Shown: positions 17,642-27,320 of the stretch, piece by piece | Position numbering within the stretch: position 1 is the stretch's first letter | Layout of the letters: every line of letters begins with the position of its first letter | Virus record (IMG/VR): IMGVR_UViG_3300045971_000149 | Coordinates: 64,001 to 128,000 of that record | Length of the DNA stretch: 64,000 nt | From: a virus | Strand: one strand, 5' to 3' | Program-made: the position numbers and the translations under genes | Notes under the pieces: model-generated | What the model was told of the DNA's origin: nothing | Databases searched by the model: none | What the model saw: only the letters and a program-made list of their open reading frames with translations

Positions 17642-18694
17642 ATGAACAACATAAAAGAAACAGTATCGTTATGTGAGCATTGTTATCGACACATTCCTGC
17701 AATGCGTATTGAAAAAGATAATCAAATTTGGCTAGGTAAAACCTGTCCAGTTCATGGATATGTAGAACATCTAGTAGAACCAGATGCGGCATTTTATAAC
17801 AATTATACATACCCTAACAGTCCATTGCAAGCTTATTTTATAGAAGTAACAAATAAGTGTAATTTGAATTGTCCGCACTGCTATCAGATGCCAGATAACT
17901 TATCAACTGATAACCCTATAGAGATTCTATTAGATCAAATTAAGTCGTATCCGGATGACGGTTACGCTATTTCGTTAGTCGGTGCCGAACCTACAATGCG
18001 AAAAGACTTACTAGAATTAATTATTGCGATTCAAGCATTGCCTGGATTACCTCGGAGGATTTTGATTTTAACTAACGCAGTTAATATGGCAAAGGACGAG
18101 TATGCGTCACAGTTTCAAGGCCTCAATAACGTGTTCTGGACAATTGGATTAAACCATCCCGACTATCAAGGTAAGACTGTACGTGCAAAGCAATTAAAAG
18201 GTATCCTCAACTGTGTTAAGTTCGGGTACAAAATTAAAAACATTAGCTACACACTTGAAAACTTAGATCAATTAGAATATTGTTTACAAGAAATACAACA
18301 GTTTGATCCCGAGACATGCAAACAATTTAGAATTCGATGTGGTGCAGATATTGGAAGGAATCCTAAAGACCCTACAATATACTTGTCACAGTTAGTGAAT
18401 GAAGTTAAGAAGGTTGCAGATCGTAATAGCTGGAGTTGTGTACCACATACATCTGATGGAATTCGTTCACACTATCCGTTAGTTATAAATGGAATATTTG
18501 TTAAGATTATCCAGTGGCCCGATGTAAAGACACTCGACTTAGAAGAAAAACAAACAGAATCGTGGGCCGATATAGTTCCAGGAAAACCTGTATCGCCATT
18601 AGTACATCAAGTTATACTTCGAGATGCACTAGTTAATAACGGTATGATGTTGTTTGATACTGTGCCGAAAAAATATAGGAGAATACATGATTAA
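17642..18694 (+). CDS. radical SAM protein with N-terminal CxxC...CxxH domain
   Basis: SLCEHC...KTCPVHG, CNLNCPHC, VGAEPT; start reassigned to MNNIKET. Confidence 0.88.
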   Translation: MNNIKETVSLCEHCYRHIPAMRIEKDNQIWLGKTCPVHGYVEHLVEPDAAFYNNYTYPNSPLQAYFIEVTNKCNLNCPHCYQMPDNLSTDNPIEILLDQIKSYPDDGYAISLVGAEPTMRKDLLELIIAIQALPGLPRRILILTNAVNMAKDEYASQFQGLNNVFWTIGLNHPDYQGKTVRAKQLKGILNCVKFGYKIKNISYTLENLDQLEYCLQEIQQFDPETCKQFRIRCGADIGRNPKDPTIYLSQLVNEVKKVADRNSWSCVPHTSDGIRSHYPLVINGIFVKIIQWPDVKTLDLEEKQTESWADIVPGKPVSPLVHQVILRDALVNNGMMLFDTVPKKYRRIHD

Positions 18695-19499
18695 AGGTAT
18701 TAACAATGTTCCGTATTACGATATGGAACCATACTTAGATATGGTAGAATTTGAAAAGCTAATACCCGAGGTCATTCGCGGATTCGCAGACGGTCGACAC
18801 TGTGCTAAAGAAGGAACTTGGATGGCACCCGGGTTTGCTACTGATAAGATGAGTTACGGTATAGGTTGGAAGCCATTATATAAAGCAATTGCAGAATTCT
18901 TAGCGTTACCCGATGACGACCCTATTAAAATGGGCGGCATTGACCTATACAGAGACTTTAACGACTTTAGTGTGCGTAATAGATTTACTCGATATGTAAA
19001 AATGGCAATGGGGGCATATGATCCATACATTTACTATTTTTTATCTGATCAAGGAGATTGGAATGATCGAACCTCAGCTAGGCCCCCAACTCCTGAAGCC
19101 GCATACTTTCCTAATCTAGTTAAGTGGGTCGAAGATACTAAAAAGAAGGGCATCTTCGAATATATCGGTCGTGTTATTTTATTCCACGTAGAAGCAGATG
19201 GAGTGCCGTTTGAGCATCGCGACTTAGATGCTAAAAATGGTGTCCTAGAAAATGATTTTTATACTCCGCACCGTAGTGAATTTATTCACATTAGACCTAA
19301 CACACGTAAATCATTTTATATGTGGGATCCTGATTCCCAAAATAAAATTCACCTTAATACTAGAGCAGCGTGGTTTAATGATCAAGATTGGCACGGCGGC
19401 GACAAAATTATGCAACAAAGTTGGAGTCTGCGGATTGACGGTAAGTTTACTGAAGAGTTCCGTAAGACATTAAAGATTGATCACTTGGAGACATATTAA
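18687..19499 (+). CDS. 2OG-Fe(II) oxygenase-like protein
   Basis: FEHRD...DWHGG...SLRIDG; AGGAG RBS. Confidence 0.7.
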   Translation: MIKGINNVPYYDMEPYLDMVEFEKLIPEVIRGFADGRHCAKEGTWMAPGFATDKMSYGIGWKPLYKAIAEFLALPDDDPIKMGGIDLYRDFNDFSVRNRFTRYVKMAMGAYDPYIYYFLSDQGDWNDRTSARPPTPEAAYFPNLVKWVEDTKKKGIFEYIGRVILFHVEADGVPFEHRDLDAKNGVLENDFYTPHRSEFIHIRPNTRKSFYMWDPDSQNKIHLNTRAAWFNDQDWHGGDKIMQQSWSLRIDGKFTEEFRKTLKIDHLETY

Positions 19500-19990
19500 T
19501 GATTTACTTAGGTAACTATGCACATTGGATTAAACAAGAGTGGGTGGATTATGTATTTTCTAACACAGGATTTCCACGCCCCGGCGACAAAGTTCCAGAG
19601 AATAGTTTTGAAGAAACACAAAATGCGTCGATTACTAATAAAGGTTACACTAACTCCGTATATTGGTATAAATTCACACCTGATAACTTTCCATTCGATT
19701 TAAAACCTCCATTTGGAGAGGCAAAGCTTTGGTGGTTTGTTAAACTATTGCCCGGCAACGTAATTCCATTACATACAGATCAAGACGAAGTAACTGGTAA
19801 CTCAACAACTTTATACTGGATGTCTATGACTGATTATGAGCCCGGACATTTGTTTGTCTGTAAAGATGAATTATTAACAGGATATAAAAAGGGTGATTTA
19901 TTTAAACTTGATCATGCTAACGATTTACATGGCTCGTGCAATATAGGATTTACTCCTAGAATCATTTTTAATTTTACAACGGAGAGCTAA
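19499..19990 (+). CDS. 2OG-Fe(II) oxygenase-like protein
   Basis: KLLPGNVIPLHTD...HGSCNIG..PR. Confidence 0.8.
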   Translation: MIYLGNYAHWIKQEWVDYVFSNTGFPRPGDKVPENSFEETQNASITNKGYTNSVYWYKFTPDNFPFDLKPPFGEAKLWWFVKLLPGNVIPLHTDQDEVTGNSTTLYWMSMTDYEPGHLFVCKDELLTGYKKGDLFKLDHANDLHGSCNIGFTPRIIFNFTTES

Positions 19991-19991
19991 T

Positions 19992-20486
19992 ATGGAATTA
20001 ATTGGAAACTATAAAGACATAATTCAAGAAGAATGGATTGAATTTTTAAAAACGCACGATGGGCAATTACTTCCGGATTCTAGGGAATGCCTGTTGCCAT
20101 ACTTTGATAAACAAAATGAAGACATTGCTAAAAACTGGCGCCCCGAATATGCAGCATCTTGGTGTAAATTTGAAATACAAGATGTTCCTTTTGTGATACC
20201 GTGGCCCGTAAATCTTACAAATAATATAGATTGGTGGATTATCAAACAATATCCTGGGCAACGAATACCCATGCATATCGATAAAAATCCACCAGATACA
20301 ACTGATCGATATGTTCTAATGTTTACTGATTATGAACCTGGCCATGTTTTAATATGGGACAACAAGCTTATAGATAATTATAAGAAAGGCGATCTGTTTA
20401 AGATTAAAGATGTTAATTCATCGCACGGGGCAGCTAACATTAGCAACACCCTTAGATTACTAGCGTATCTTACTGTATGGAATTAA
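19992..20486 (+). CDS. 2OG-Fe(II) oxygenase-like protein
   Basis: PGQRIPMHID...HGAANIS..LR. Confidence 0.8.
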   Translation: MELIGNYKDIIQEEWIEFLKTHDGQLLPDSRECLLPYFDKQNEDIAKNWRPEYAASWCKFEIQDVPFVIPWPVNLTNNIDWWIIKQYPGQRIPMHIDKNPPDTTDRYVLMFTDYEPGHVLIWDNKLIDNYKKGDLFKIKDVNSSHGAANISNTLRLLAYLTVWN

Positions 20487-21001
20487 TTAAAAATCACGCC
20501 GGATGGATTACCCCGGAACTAATGAATTGGCTATCTACATGTACGGGCGATACTGTACCAGTTTGGCAACCTAATAGATGGAAAGGGCATCCAATGTTAG
20601 AATCTGCACTCGAACGTGCTAGATTTGGATATAGTGATAACAAACACTTTTTCCAACAGTTTAATTTTCATAGTAAAGACTCGCAGAATATTAAATTTGA
20701 AAGTCCGCTTATCGAAGAAAAAGGAGATAGAAAAGAATCTTGGTGGTTTGTTAAATTACTCCCTGGGCAACTACAGCCTATGCACTTTGATCCTATTCTT
20801 ATTGAACTTAAAAATCCTGTCAGATACACAATGTTTTTACAAGATTGGCAACCGGGTCATATTTACACTTGGAATGATCAAATGATCGCCAACTATAAAG
20901 CAGGCGATATGTATCGTTGGAAAGATCCTATGTGCTATCACGGATGTGTAAACATCGGATACGAAACTCGATATACTTTACAAATAACATTGCACGATTA
21001 A
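20477..21001 (+). CDS. 2OG-Fe(II) oxygenase-like protein
   Basis: PGQLQPMHFD...HGCVNIG..TR. Confidence 0.8.
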   Translation: MELIKNHAGWITPELMNWLSTCTGDTVPVWQPNRWKGHPMLESALERARFGYSDNKHFFQQFNFHSKDSQNIKFESPLIEEKGDRKESWWFVKLLPGQLQPMHFDPILIELKNPVRYTMFLQDWQPGHIYTWNDQMIANYKAGDMYRWKDPMCYHGCVNIGYETRYTLQITLHD

Positions 21002-21002
21002 C

Positions 21003-21596
21003 ATGTCAGTTTATATCACAGGTGAAAAGAACATTACGTTCTTACATATTCCTAAAACAGCGGGTACTAGCTTACTCGACTGGTTAATTAATAACAAAGC
21101 TAACAGCAATCATATTAAGTGGGATATTCATCCTAAGCTATCAACTATAATAGATACTCGGATATCTAATTTTACATTTACTGTAATTAGAAATCCTTGG
21201 GATAGGATGATTAGTATGTATTATTATTTTAAAAATATTGCTATTAGTGAAGGTAGCAGATTTCTTGCTTTAAACAATATCACCGCTGATAATTTCCCAA
21301 CATTTGATAGATGGTTAATGGAAATGGACTCTTATATATTTCCAGAAGAATTTTGGTTTAAGATTACAACCCCACAAGTAGAATGGATTGACAAAGATAT
21401 TGACTTAGTTGTACGATACGAAAATTTAGAAACAGACTTTTCTAAATTGCAAGAGGCATTTACTTGTTATTTGCCATTACCTAAACTCTACGTGTCGGGA
21501 CACTTACCTTATCGTGATTATTATAATGGTACTACAAAAAAGATTGTAGAAAAGATTAGCGAACTTGATATTGATCGTTGGCAATATCAGTTTTAA
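21003..21596 (+). CDS. sulfotransferase (Sulfotransfer_2-like)
   Basis: FLHIPKTAGTS (5'-PSB) and RNPWDRMIS (3'-PB). Confidence 0.9.
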   Translation: MSVYITGEKNITFLHIPKTAGTSLLDWLINNKANSNHIKWDIHPKLSTIIDTRISNFTFTVIRNPWDRMISMYYYFKNIAISEGSRFLALNNITADNFPTFDRWLMEMDSYIFPEEFWFKITTPQVEWIDKDIDLVVRYENLETDFSKLQEAFTCYLPLPKLYVSGHLPYRDYYNGTTKKIVEKISELDIDRWQYQF

Positions 21597-22111
21597 TATC
21601 CTAGTAAGTGGAACATATATTTCGGAGTCATACCTGCGTTAATACCACTATGCCATTCTCTGTAGTTGTCCCACTTATATAATGTGCCTTGTGGCTGATT
21701 ATAAAAACAAATATCGCCTATTGAAAAAATATGGCCAAACGTAGGTTTTTCAATAAAACAACTATATCGTACAATGGGACCTTTCTTTAGATATTCTGTT
21801 TCGTTATCATCTACATCCCAATGTAACGGAGCAAAGTATCCAGGATCTATTCTGCTTATCCAAGATCTGTGGATATTCAAATCTAAATAGGCTGCTATTG
21901 TTTCAGTTATCTCATTATCAAAATGTGTGCCCGGGTAGTAGTTAATCCATTTAATAGCAGCAGGATTAAACTTTGCTTGTTTCCACATTAGATGAATTTC
22001 GTTGTATCCGGGAACATCTGCTCTACACTTTTCTAAATCAGTATTAACTACAACTCCGGATTGAGTAGAGATATGGTTAATAACAGAATCCCAATCAATA
22101 AGGTTATTCAT
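21593..22111 (-). CDS. 2OG-Fe(II) oxygenase-like protein
   Basis: PGYFAPLHWD...WHSGINAG..PK; start MNNLIDW. Confidence 0.8.
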   Translation of the reverse strand: MNNLIDWDSVINHISTQSGVVVNTDLEKCRADVPGYNEIHLMWKQAKFNPAAIKWINYYPGTHFDNEITETIAAYLDLNIHRSWISRIDPGYFAPLHWDVDDNETEYLKKGPIVRYSCFIEKPTFGHIFSIGDICFYNQPQGTLYKWDNYREWHSGINAGMTPKYMFHLLGY

Positions 22112-22784
22112 ACTTTTTACTATAGTATTCTTCAAATGCATTCTCGGGCCATTTCACATGTGTTTGTAAAATACGTTTAAAAAATATTTCAAAATTAATA
22201 CTATCGCCCTCTTCTGCTTCTTTAAATCGAGGAGTTGATATTGTGCCTACCATCCCGTTAAGCCGTTCTTTTTTAAGAAACGGATATGCAGTATCAACAC
22301 ATCCATAAAAATCAAAAGTTTTTAATATTCCGTCTTTAATAAAAAAACAGTGCGGATATAAGCTTGCTTTATATACTCCACCGGAGAGTAGGTCATCTAA
22401 TATGTTAAACATTTGTAATTTCCAATCTGGGGTATATCGAGTTAAATCCCATCCCCCGTATATAATATCATTACAAGTAGTACCCGGTGATTCAAAGAAT
22501 ATCTTCTTGCCGGGTATATCGATATCAATATATTTAGGTGCCCATGCATGATGTTTAAACATGTCTATATACTTTAATTCTCTTTGAAAGAAGTAATCTA
22601 CTAATTCAGCAGTATAGAACGGACGAGTTTGGTCGGGGTCGTATTGGTAAGGGTCAGTGACATCCCATGACATACACCATACTGTCATTTCTGGATTAAT
22701 CTTAGGAGTGTATAATAAGTTAGATCTAACTCGATTAGTCGGACCTTCTAGTTTACGATAGTTTGCCCAATTATCAATATTCAT
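22104..22784 (-). CDS. protein-kinase-like fold protein
   Basis: RELKYI, APKYIDID, KASLYPHCFFI, LKTFDFYG. Confidence 0.55.
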   Translation of the reverse strand: MNIDNWANYRKLEGPTNRVRSNLLYTPKINPEMTVWCMSWDVTDPYQYDPDQTRPFYTAELVDYFFQRELKYIDMFKHHAWAPKYIDIDIPGKKIFFESPGTTCNDIIYGGWDLTRYTPDWKLQMFNILDDLLSGGVYKASLYPHCFFIKDGILKTFDFYGCVDTAYPFLKKERLNGMVGTISTPRFKEAEEGDSINFEIFFKRILQTHVKWPENAFEEYYSKKYE

Positions 22785-23452
22785 ATAATTTCCAATCTAA
22801 ATTCTGTTGGTAGTATTTTGGTGAATGCATCTAATTCGGATTTGTTTATTTTAAATGACGCCCAGGTTGATGAAAACTTAAAATCAGCTAACTTGTTTTC
22901 TTTATTAATTTTGTTGAGCCACGGACTTATTATATCATCGAATAAAAATCGTAGAGTATCTTTGTCTAAAGTAGGTGCTGAAATTTTAACATTTATAGGG
23001 TCTATTAGATTAGCATTTACTAACAGTTTACGAATTACTAATTGCACTCTATCAGTAACACCGAAGTTAACTGCACTATGCCTCGGTCCGGTGTCTAATA
23101 CATACCAACATCCGTCAGGGTGTAATCTATGCATTACTCCTTCATCTAGATTTGCAAGGTAGGCATAGTGACTTGCTATGTTTAAATGATATCGATCATC
23201 AATATCAGCATGTGATTGATAGCAGGTAGCTGGCTTCAACGAAATAATCCGTGCCTCACCTATCTCTAACGGTAACGTTTGTAAAATACGGTCCCATGCT
23301 GTTCCTTGATATTCTGGTTTTATCTTCCAGGGATCGTAGAAAAATCTGCCAGTTGGTTGATTAATTGTCTCTCTAAATTGATCAATTGGTAAAAGGTCTT
23401 TTGCGGCTTGTAATAGCTCGTCAGGTACTGTATAATTTAATTTAACTAGCAT
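22781..23452 (-). CDS. AspH-like 2OG-Fe(II) oxygenase
   Basis: YQSHADIDDRYHLNI...HSAVNFG..DRVQLV. Confidence 0.85.
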   Translation of the reverse strand: MLVKLNYTVPDELLQAAKDLLPIDQFRETINQPTGRFFYDPWKIKPEYQGTAWDRILQTLPLEIGEARIISLKPATCYQSHADIDDRYHLNIASHYAYLANLDEGVMHRLHPDGCWYVLDTGPRHSAVNFGVTDRVQLVIRKLLVNANLIDPINVKISAPTLDKDTLRFLFDDIISPWLNKINKENKLADFKFSSTWASFKINKSELDAFTKILPTEFRLEII

Positions 23453-23495
23453 TATGATTATATTTATATGCTATGTTAACTCCTATAAATAAAAA

Positions 23496-24206
23496 ATGCA
23501 AACAACTGAAGTTCCGTTCGATCCGACCTGGAAAAACATAGCAATTAGCCTAAGTGGTGGTGCAGACAGTGCGTTACTAACTTACCTACTATGCTCAAAG
23601 ATTACACACCATACTAATATTCATATCATTAGTCATACTCGTATGTGGAAGACTCGCCCCTGGCAAGGTACTGATAGCTTACGTGTTTATAATTGGTTTG
23701 TTAACCAGTTTCCAAACATTCAATTTCATAGACATACAAATTTCATTTCTCCTGATTTAGAATATGGAAACGGTGCATTTGTTACTGACGAATATAAAAA
23801 AAGAGTAAGTGGCGACAATATTGAGATTCGAGCGTTTGCTGAATATGTATGCCACACTGAAGATTGTGCAGCATATTACAATGCAGTAACTCGCAACCCA
23901 AAAGGTATTGAGTTAGGTGGAATGAAAGAGCGAGATATTGATCCAACTGAGTCTAATAAGCATTTACAAGAGATGCAACATATGGGTAGATGGGCATTTC
24001 ATCCTTTTCGATTCGTAGATAAATCCTGGGTCCTTTCGCAATATGCGCAATTAGGTATTATGGAATTGTTTAATTTAACTCGTAGCTGCGAGGGTGAATT
24101 TGCAGATATAAACTATACTAATTACAAAGCAGGGCAATACGTTCCTTTATGTAACACCTGCTTCTGGTGTAAAGAACGGGCATGGGCAATTGAACAATCA
24201 ATCTAA
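23496..24206 (+). CDS. PP-loop ATPase, QueC-like
   Basis: ISLSGGADSA; C-terminal TRSC...CNTCFWCKER. Confidence 0.75.
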   Translation: MQTTEVPFDPTWKNIAISLSGGADSALLTYLLCSKITHHTNIHIISHTRMWKTRPWQGTDSLRVYNWFVNQFPNIQFHRHTNFISPDLEYGNGAFVTDEYKKRVSGDNIEIRAFAEYVCHTEDCAAYYNAVTRNPKGIELGGMKERDIDPTESNKHLQEMQHMGRWAFHPFRFVDKSWVLSQYAQLGIMELFNLTRSCEGEFADINYTNYKAGQYVPLCNTCFWCKERAWAIEQSI

Positions 24207-25452
24207 CACATTTTGTATGCATCCCTTTACAGGGTTAGCAACACGAGAAGACGGAGCAGTTAAAGCATGTTGCCGCAGTCATCCTGTTGGCAATATTAAA
24301 TGCCATTCATTAGAAGAGATATGGAACAATCAAACAATGAAGCGTATTCGCAGGCAGGTGCTTAATAGCGAGCGCCCGCCAGAATGTGCACCATGTTTTA
24401 ATTTAGAAGATCAAGGAGTAGAGAGCTTACGGCAACGCCATATTAATGGTATCATTCCCGAAGCTCGTATTCACTTATACCCAACTGCATTATCTACTAT
24501 GCGAACTGATTATACAATGCCATTTGAAATTCCTACAATGGAAATTAAAATGAATAACCTGTGTAATCTAAAATGTCGTATGTGTAATCCAATGGATAGC
24601 ACTAGTTGGAATGACTGGAATGCAGTAGTTGATCATTATAAGAAAGAAGATAATTATCTTGTGCAACGAGTTATCGAGTTGAACTTAGTTAACAAGCCCT
24701 TTCTTGATAGTTTCGTTGATACAGACAACTGGTGGAATAGTTTTGAAAAGTTATTGCCGTTCTTTCGACGTGTTGAGTTTGCAGGAGGTGAACCATTAAT
24801 GGACCCTACTCATTATAAGATATTAGATAAGCTTGCGACATACGGGCATCAAATAGAAATCAAGTATGCAACTAATTTAACTATGCTAGGAAAAGGTAAA
24901 CGAACTATTTGGGAATACTGGCCTAAGTTTAAAAGTGTTGCAGTTAATGTAAGCATTGACGGAATAGGTCCTAGCTATGAATACATAAGAGGTAATGCTG
25001 ATTGGGACGAAGTAATTGCAAATATAAAAGACATACAATCTATTCCAAATATTAGCCGCATTGTAGGAGCAGTTGCAGTGCAGGTTAGTAATGTGTTAAT
25101 ATTAGATAAGATGATTGAATACTTCTTAGACGAGTTAGGAATTGTATTTTATACTAATATGGTCAACTACCCGCAAGCATTATCTATACAGGTATTACCG
25201 TTAGAATTAAAAGAGCTTGCTATTAAGCGATTGCAAGAAGCAAAGATAAAAGTGCCTACTTATAAGCATGTAATAAAAAATCCTATACTATTAGGTATCA
25301 CTAATACCCACATAGACGGTGTTATCAATTACTTAAATGCAAATGATAATTCTGTGATGTGGGCCGATTGTATAGATTTTAACAACAAACTAGATTCGAC
25401 ACGAAATCAAAGCTTTATCGATACTACTCCCGAGTTCAAACTGTATGTATAA
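24190..25452 (+). CDS. radical SAM protein with N-terminal twitch-like domain
   Basis: FCMHPF...ACC...CAPCF; CNLKCRMC; FAGGEPL. Confidence 0.9.
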   Translation: MNNQSNTFCMHPFTGLATREDGAVKACCRSHPVGNIKCHSLEEIWNNQTMKRIRRQVLNSERPPECAPCFNLEDQGVESLRQRHINGIIPEARIHLYPTALSTMRTDYTMPFEIPTMEIKMNNLCNLKCRMCNPMDSTSWNDWNAVVDHYKKEDNYLVQRVIELNLVNKPFLDSFVDTDNWWNSFEKLLPFFRRVEFAGGEPLMDPTHYKILDKLATYGHQIEIKYATNLTMLGKGKRTIWEYWPKFKSVAVNVSIDGIGPSYEYIRGNADWDEVIANIKDIQSIPNISRIVGAVAVQVSNVLILDKMIEYFLDELGIVFYTNMVNYPQALSIQVLPLELKELAIKRLQEAKIKVPTYKHVIKNPILLGITNTHIDGVINYLNANDNSVMWADCIDFNNKLDSTRNQSFIDTTPEFKLYV

Positions 25453-26341
25453 AGTAGTAGGTAAATGGAAGCATCAAGACGCTATAAAAGTAGAATGGAA
25501 TCTTGGTAAACGATGTAATTATGATTGCAGTTATTGTCCGTCTAGTATTCACGATAATACAAGCCCGCATACTGATATAGGCATACTTAAATCTACTATC
25601 GATAAGCTTGCAGCAATAGGCAAACCTGTGCGATTAAGTTTTACAGGAGGCGAGCCTTGCGTTCACCCTAAGTTTGATAAGCTATTGCACTATGCAAGAG
25701 ATCACGGCATCGAGTGGGTTAGTGTAACAACTAATGGCACTCGCCCATATGAGTTCTATTCTACATTGCCGGTTGACCAGTATGTGTTCAGTATGCATCT
25801 AGAATACAACTGGCAGCGAGTGTTCGAAACAGGCAATAGAATAATAAGCATGACTGGGATTAATGTTATTATGCAAATAATGGCACATCACGATTACGTT
25901 ACACAGGCTCGCATGCTAAAGGAACGATGTGATGCTGAAGGGATTCCTAACACAGTGAGACGCATACGTTGGACAGAAGGCGATCATGATTTGTTTGACG
26001 ATATGCGCTATCATCCAGCTGATTTAAAATGGGTAAAAGAATCCGGTGCTAGTGTAAAACCAAATGTTATCATAGACGATAAACAAGAGATACACGCCAA
26101 TGATGTTATTAAACTTCACCTCAACGGATATAAAGGGTGGAGTTGCAATGCAGGTATCGAAAGCCTAATGATTAACTGGGACGGTGAGGTGCATAGAGCA
26201 ACATGTAGAGTAGGCGGCAGTCTTGGAAACATTTATAACGATACATTTACAATTCCTACCGCACCTGTTATATGTGATAGGAACTGGTGTACTTGTGCAG
26301 CCGATATACCATTAACAAAACATACAATTATCAAGCATTAA
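25445..26341 (+). CDS. radical SAM protein with C-terminal SPASM/twitch domain
   Basis: CNYDCSYC; TGGEPC; CNAG...C...CxxxxCxC. Confidence 0.9.
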   Translation: MYKVVGKWKHQDAIKVEWNLGKRCNYDCSYCPSSIHDNTSPHTDIGILKSTIDKLAAIGKPVRLSFTGGEPCVHPKFDKLLHYARDHGIEWVSVTTNGTRPYEFYSTLPVDQYVFSMHLEYNWQRVFETGNRIISMTGINVIMQIMAHHDYVTQARMLKERCDAEGIPNTVRRIRWTEGDHDLFDDMRYHPADLKWVKESGASVKPNVIIDDKQEIHANDVIKLHLNGYKGWSCNAGIESLMINWDGEVHRATCRVGGSLGNIYNDTFTIPTAPVICDRNWCTCAADIPLTKHTIIKH

Positions 26342-27320
26342 AAATTTTAATAGACTTTGAAATGCGAGTTTCAGGAGCACATATACATGTCTTATGCTCG
26401 CATACTGCGGACTTTAACTCTGGATTAAATTTACTTATAAAATCAGCATCGTAAATGTTATATTTGGCATCTAATCCGTAAAGCCGATTGCTGCACGATC
26501 CCTCCATTATTCCTTTGGGATTTATATAAAGGCTTTCTTTTCCAATATTACAATTCCACCCAAAAAAGTGATTCCAATCGTTTAATGCTACTTGGTTATG
26601 ACGAACCGTTTGAGTTGTTCCGTCATTAAACTTTATCTTACTTCTGTTAATATGAAAATGATTTCGCATCTTAAATGCATACCATAGATTTGGATATCGT
26701 TTAATTGAATTAGATAAAAATAATATCTGCTCTGGAGAATATAGATTTGCTCCGTCTGCTTCTTCGATTTTCTGCGTTCCTATGTACCACTTATACTTAC
26801 TATTCTTAAAATACTCAATCATGTCGATACATTTATTCCATTCATACGGATCCATGCATACAGAAACATCAACATATACTCCGTTCCTATAAAGAAGATC
26901 TGCAACCTCGGTAAAATGTTGTAAGTTGATTTCTTTATAATGTGCAGATAAGTTTACTTTATCGAAAATGTAATTTTTTTCCTGCCACCACCGTAATGTA
27001 CGTGATCCATTAGATTGGATAGACGATCTAAACTCGTGTTGCTCTTTTAATCTGCTTAGAAACTGATCAACTTCGGGCCATAGTGTAGGTTCTCCACCTA
27101 ATAATTGTAATTCAATTTGTGTTTTGCCGTTGCGTTTATAATAATCAAATAAGTGACTAAAATTATCAACTACTTGACTAACATTAGCTGGCCATTTATA
27201 CTTTCCGGAATTTGATCCCGGAAAACAATATCTACATTTAAAATTGCATATGTCTGTTACACTATAACTAATCTTAATAAAATTACTAGGTTGATTTGAT
27301 GTAATAGCAATAGGTATCAT
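26331..27320 (-). CDS. radical SAM protein with C-terminal SPASM/twitch domain
   Basis: CNFKCRYC; LGGEPT; CNIG...C...CEHKTCIC. Confidence 0.9.
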   Translation of the reverse strand: MIPIAITSNQPSNFIKISYSVTDICNFKCRYCFPGSNSGKYKWPANVSQVVDNFSHLFDYYKRNGKTQIELQLLGGEPTLWPEVDQFLSRLKEQHEFRSSIQSNGSRTLRWWQEKNYIFDKVNLSAHYKEINLQHFTEVADLLYRNGVYVDVSVCMDPYEWNKCIDMIEYFKNSKYKWYIGTQKIEEADGANLYSPEQILFLSNSIKRYPNLWYAFKMRNHFHINRSKIKFNDGTTQTVRHNQVALNDWNHFFGWNCNIGKESLYINPKGIMEGSCSNRLYGLDAKYNIYDADFISKFNPELKSAVCEHKTCICAPETRISKSIKIFNA

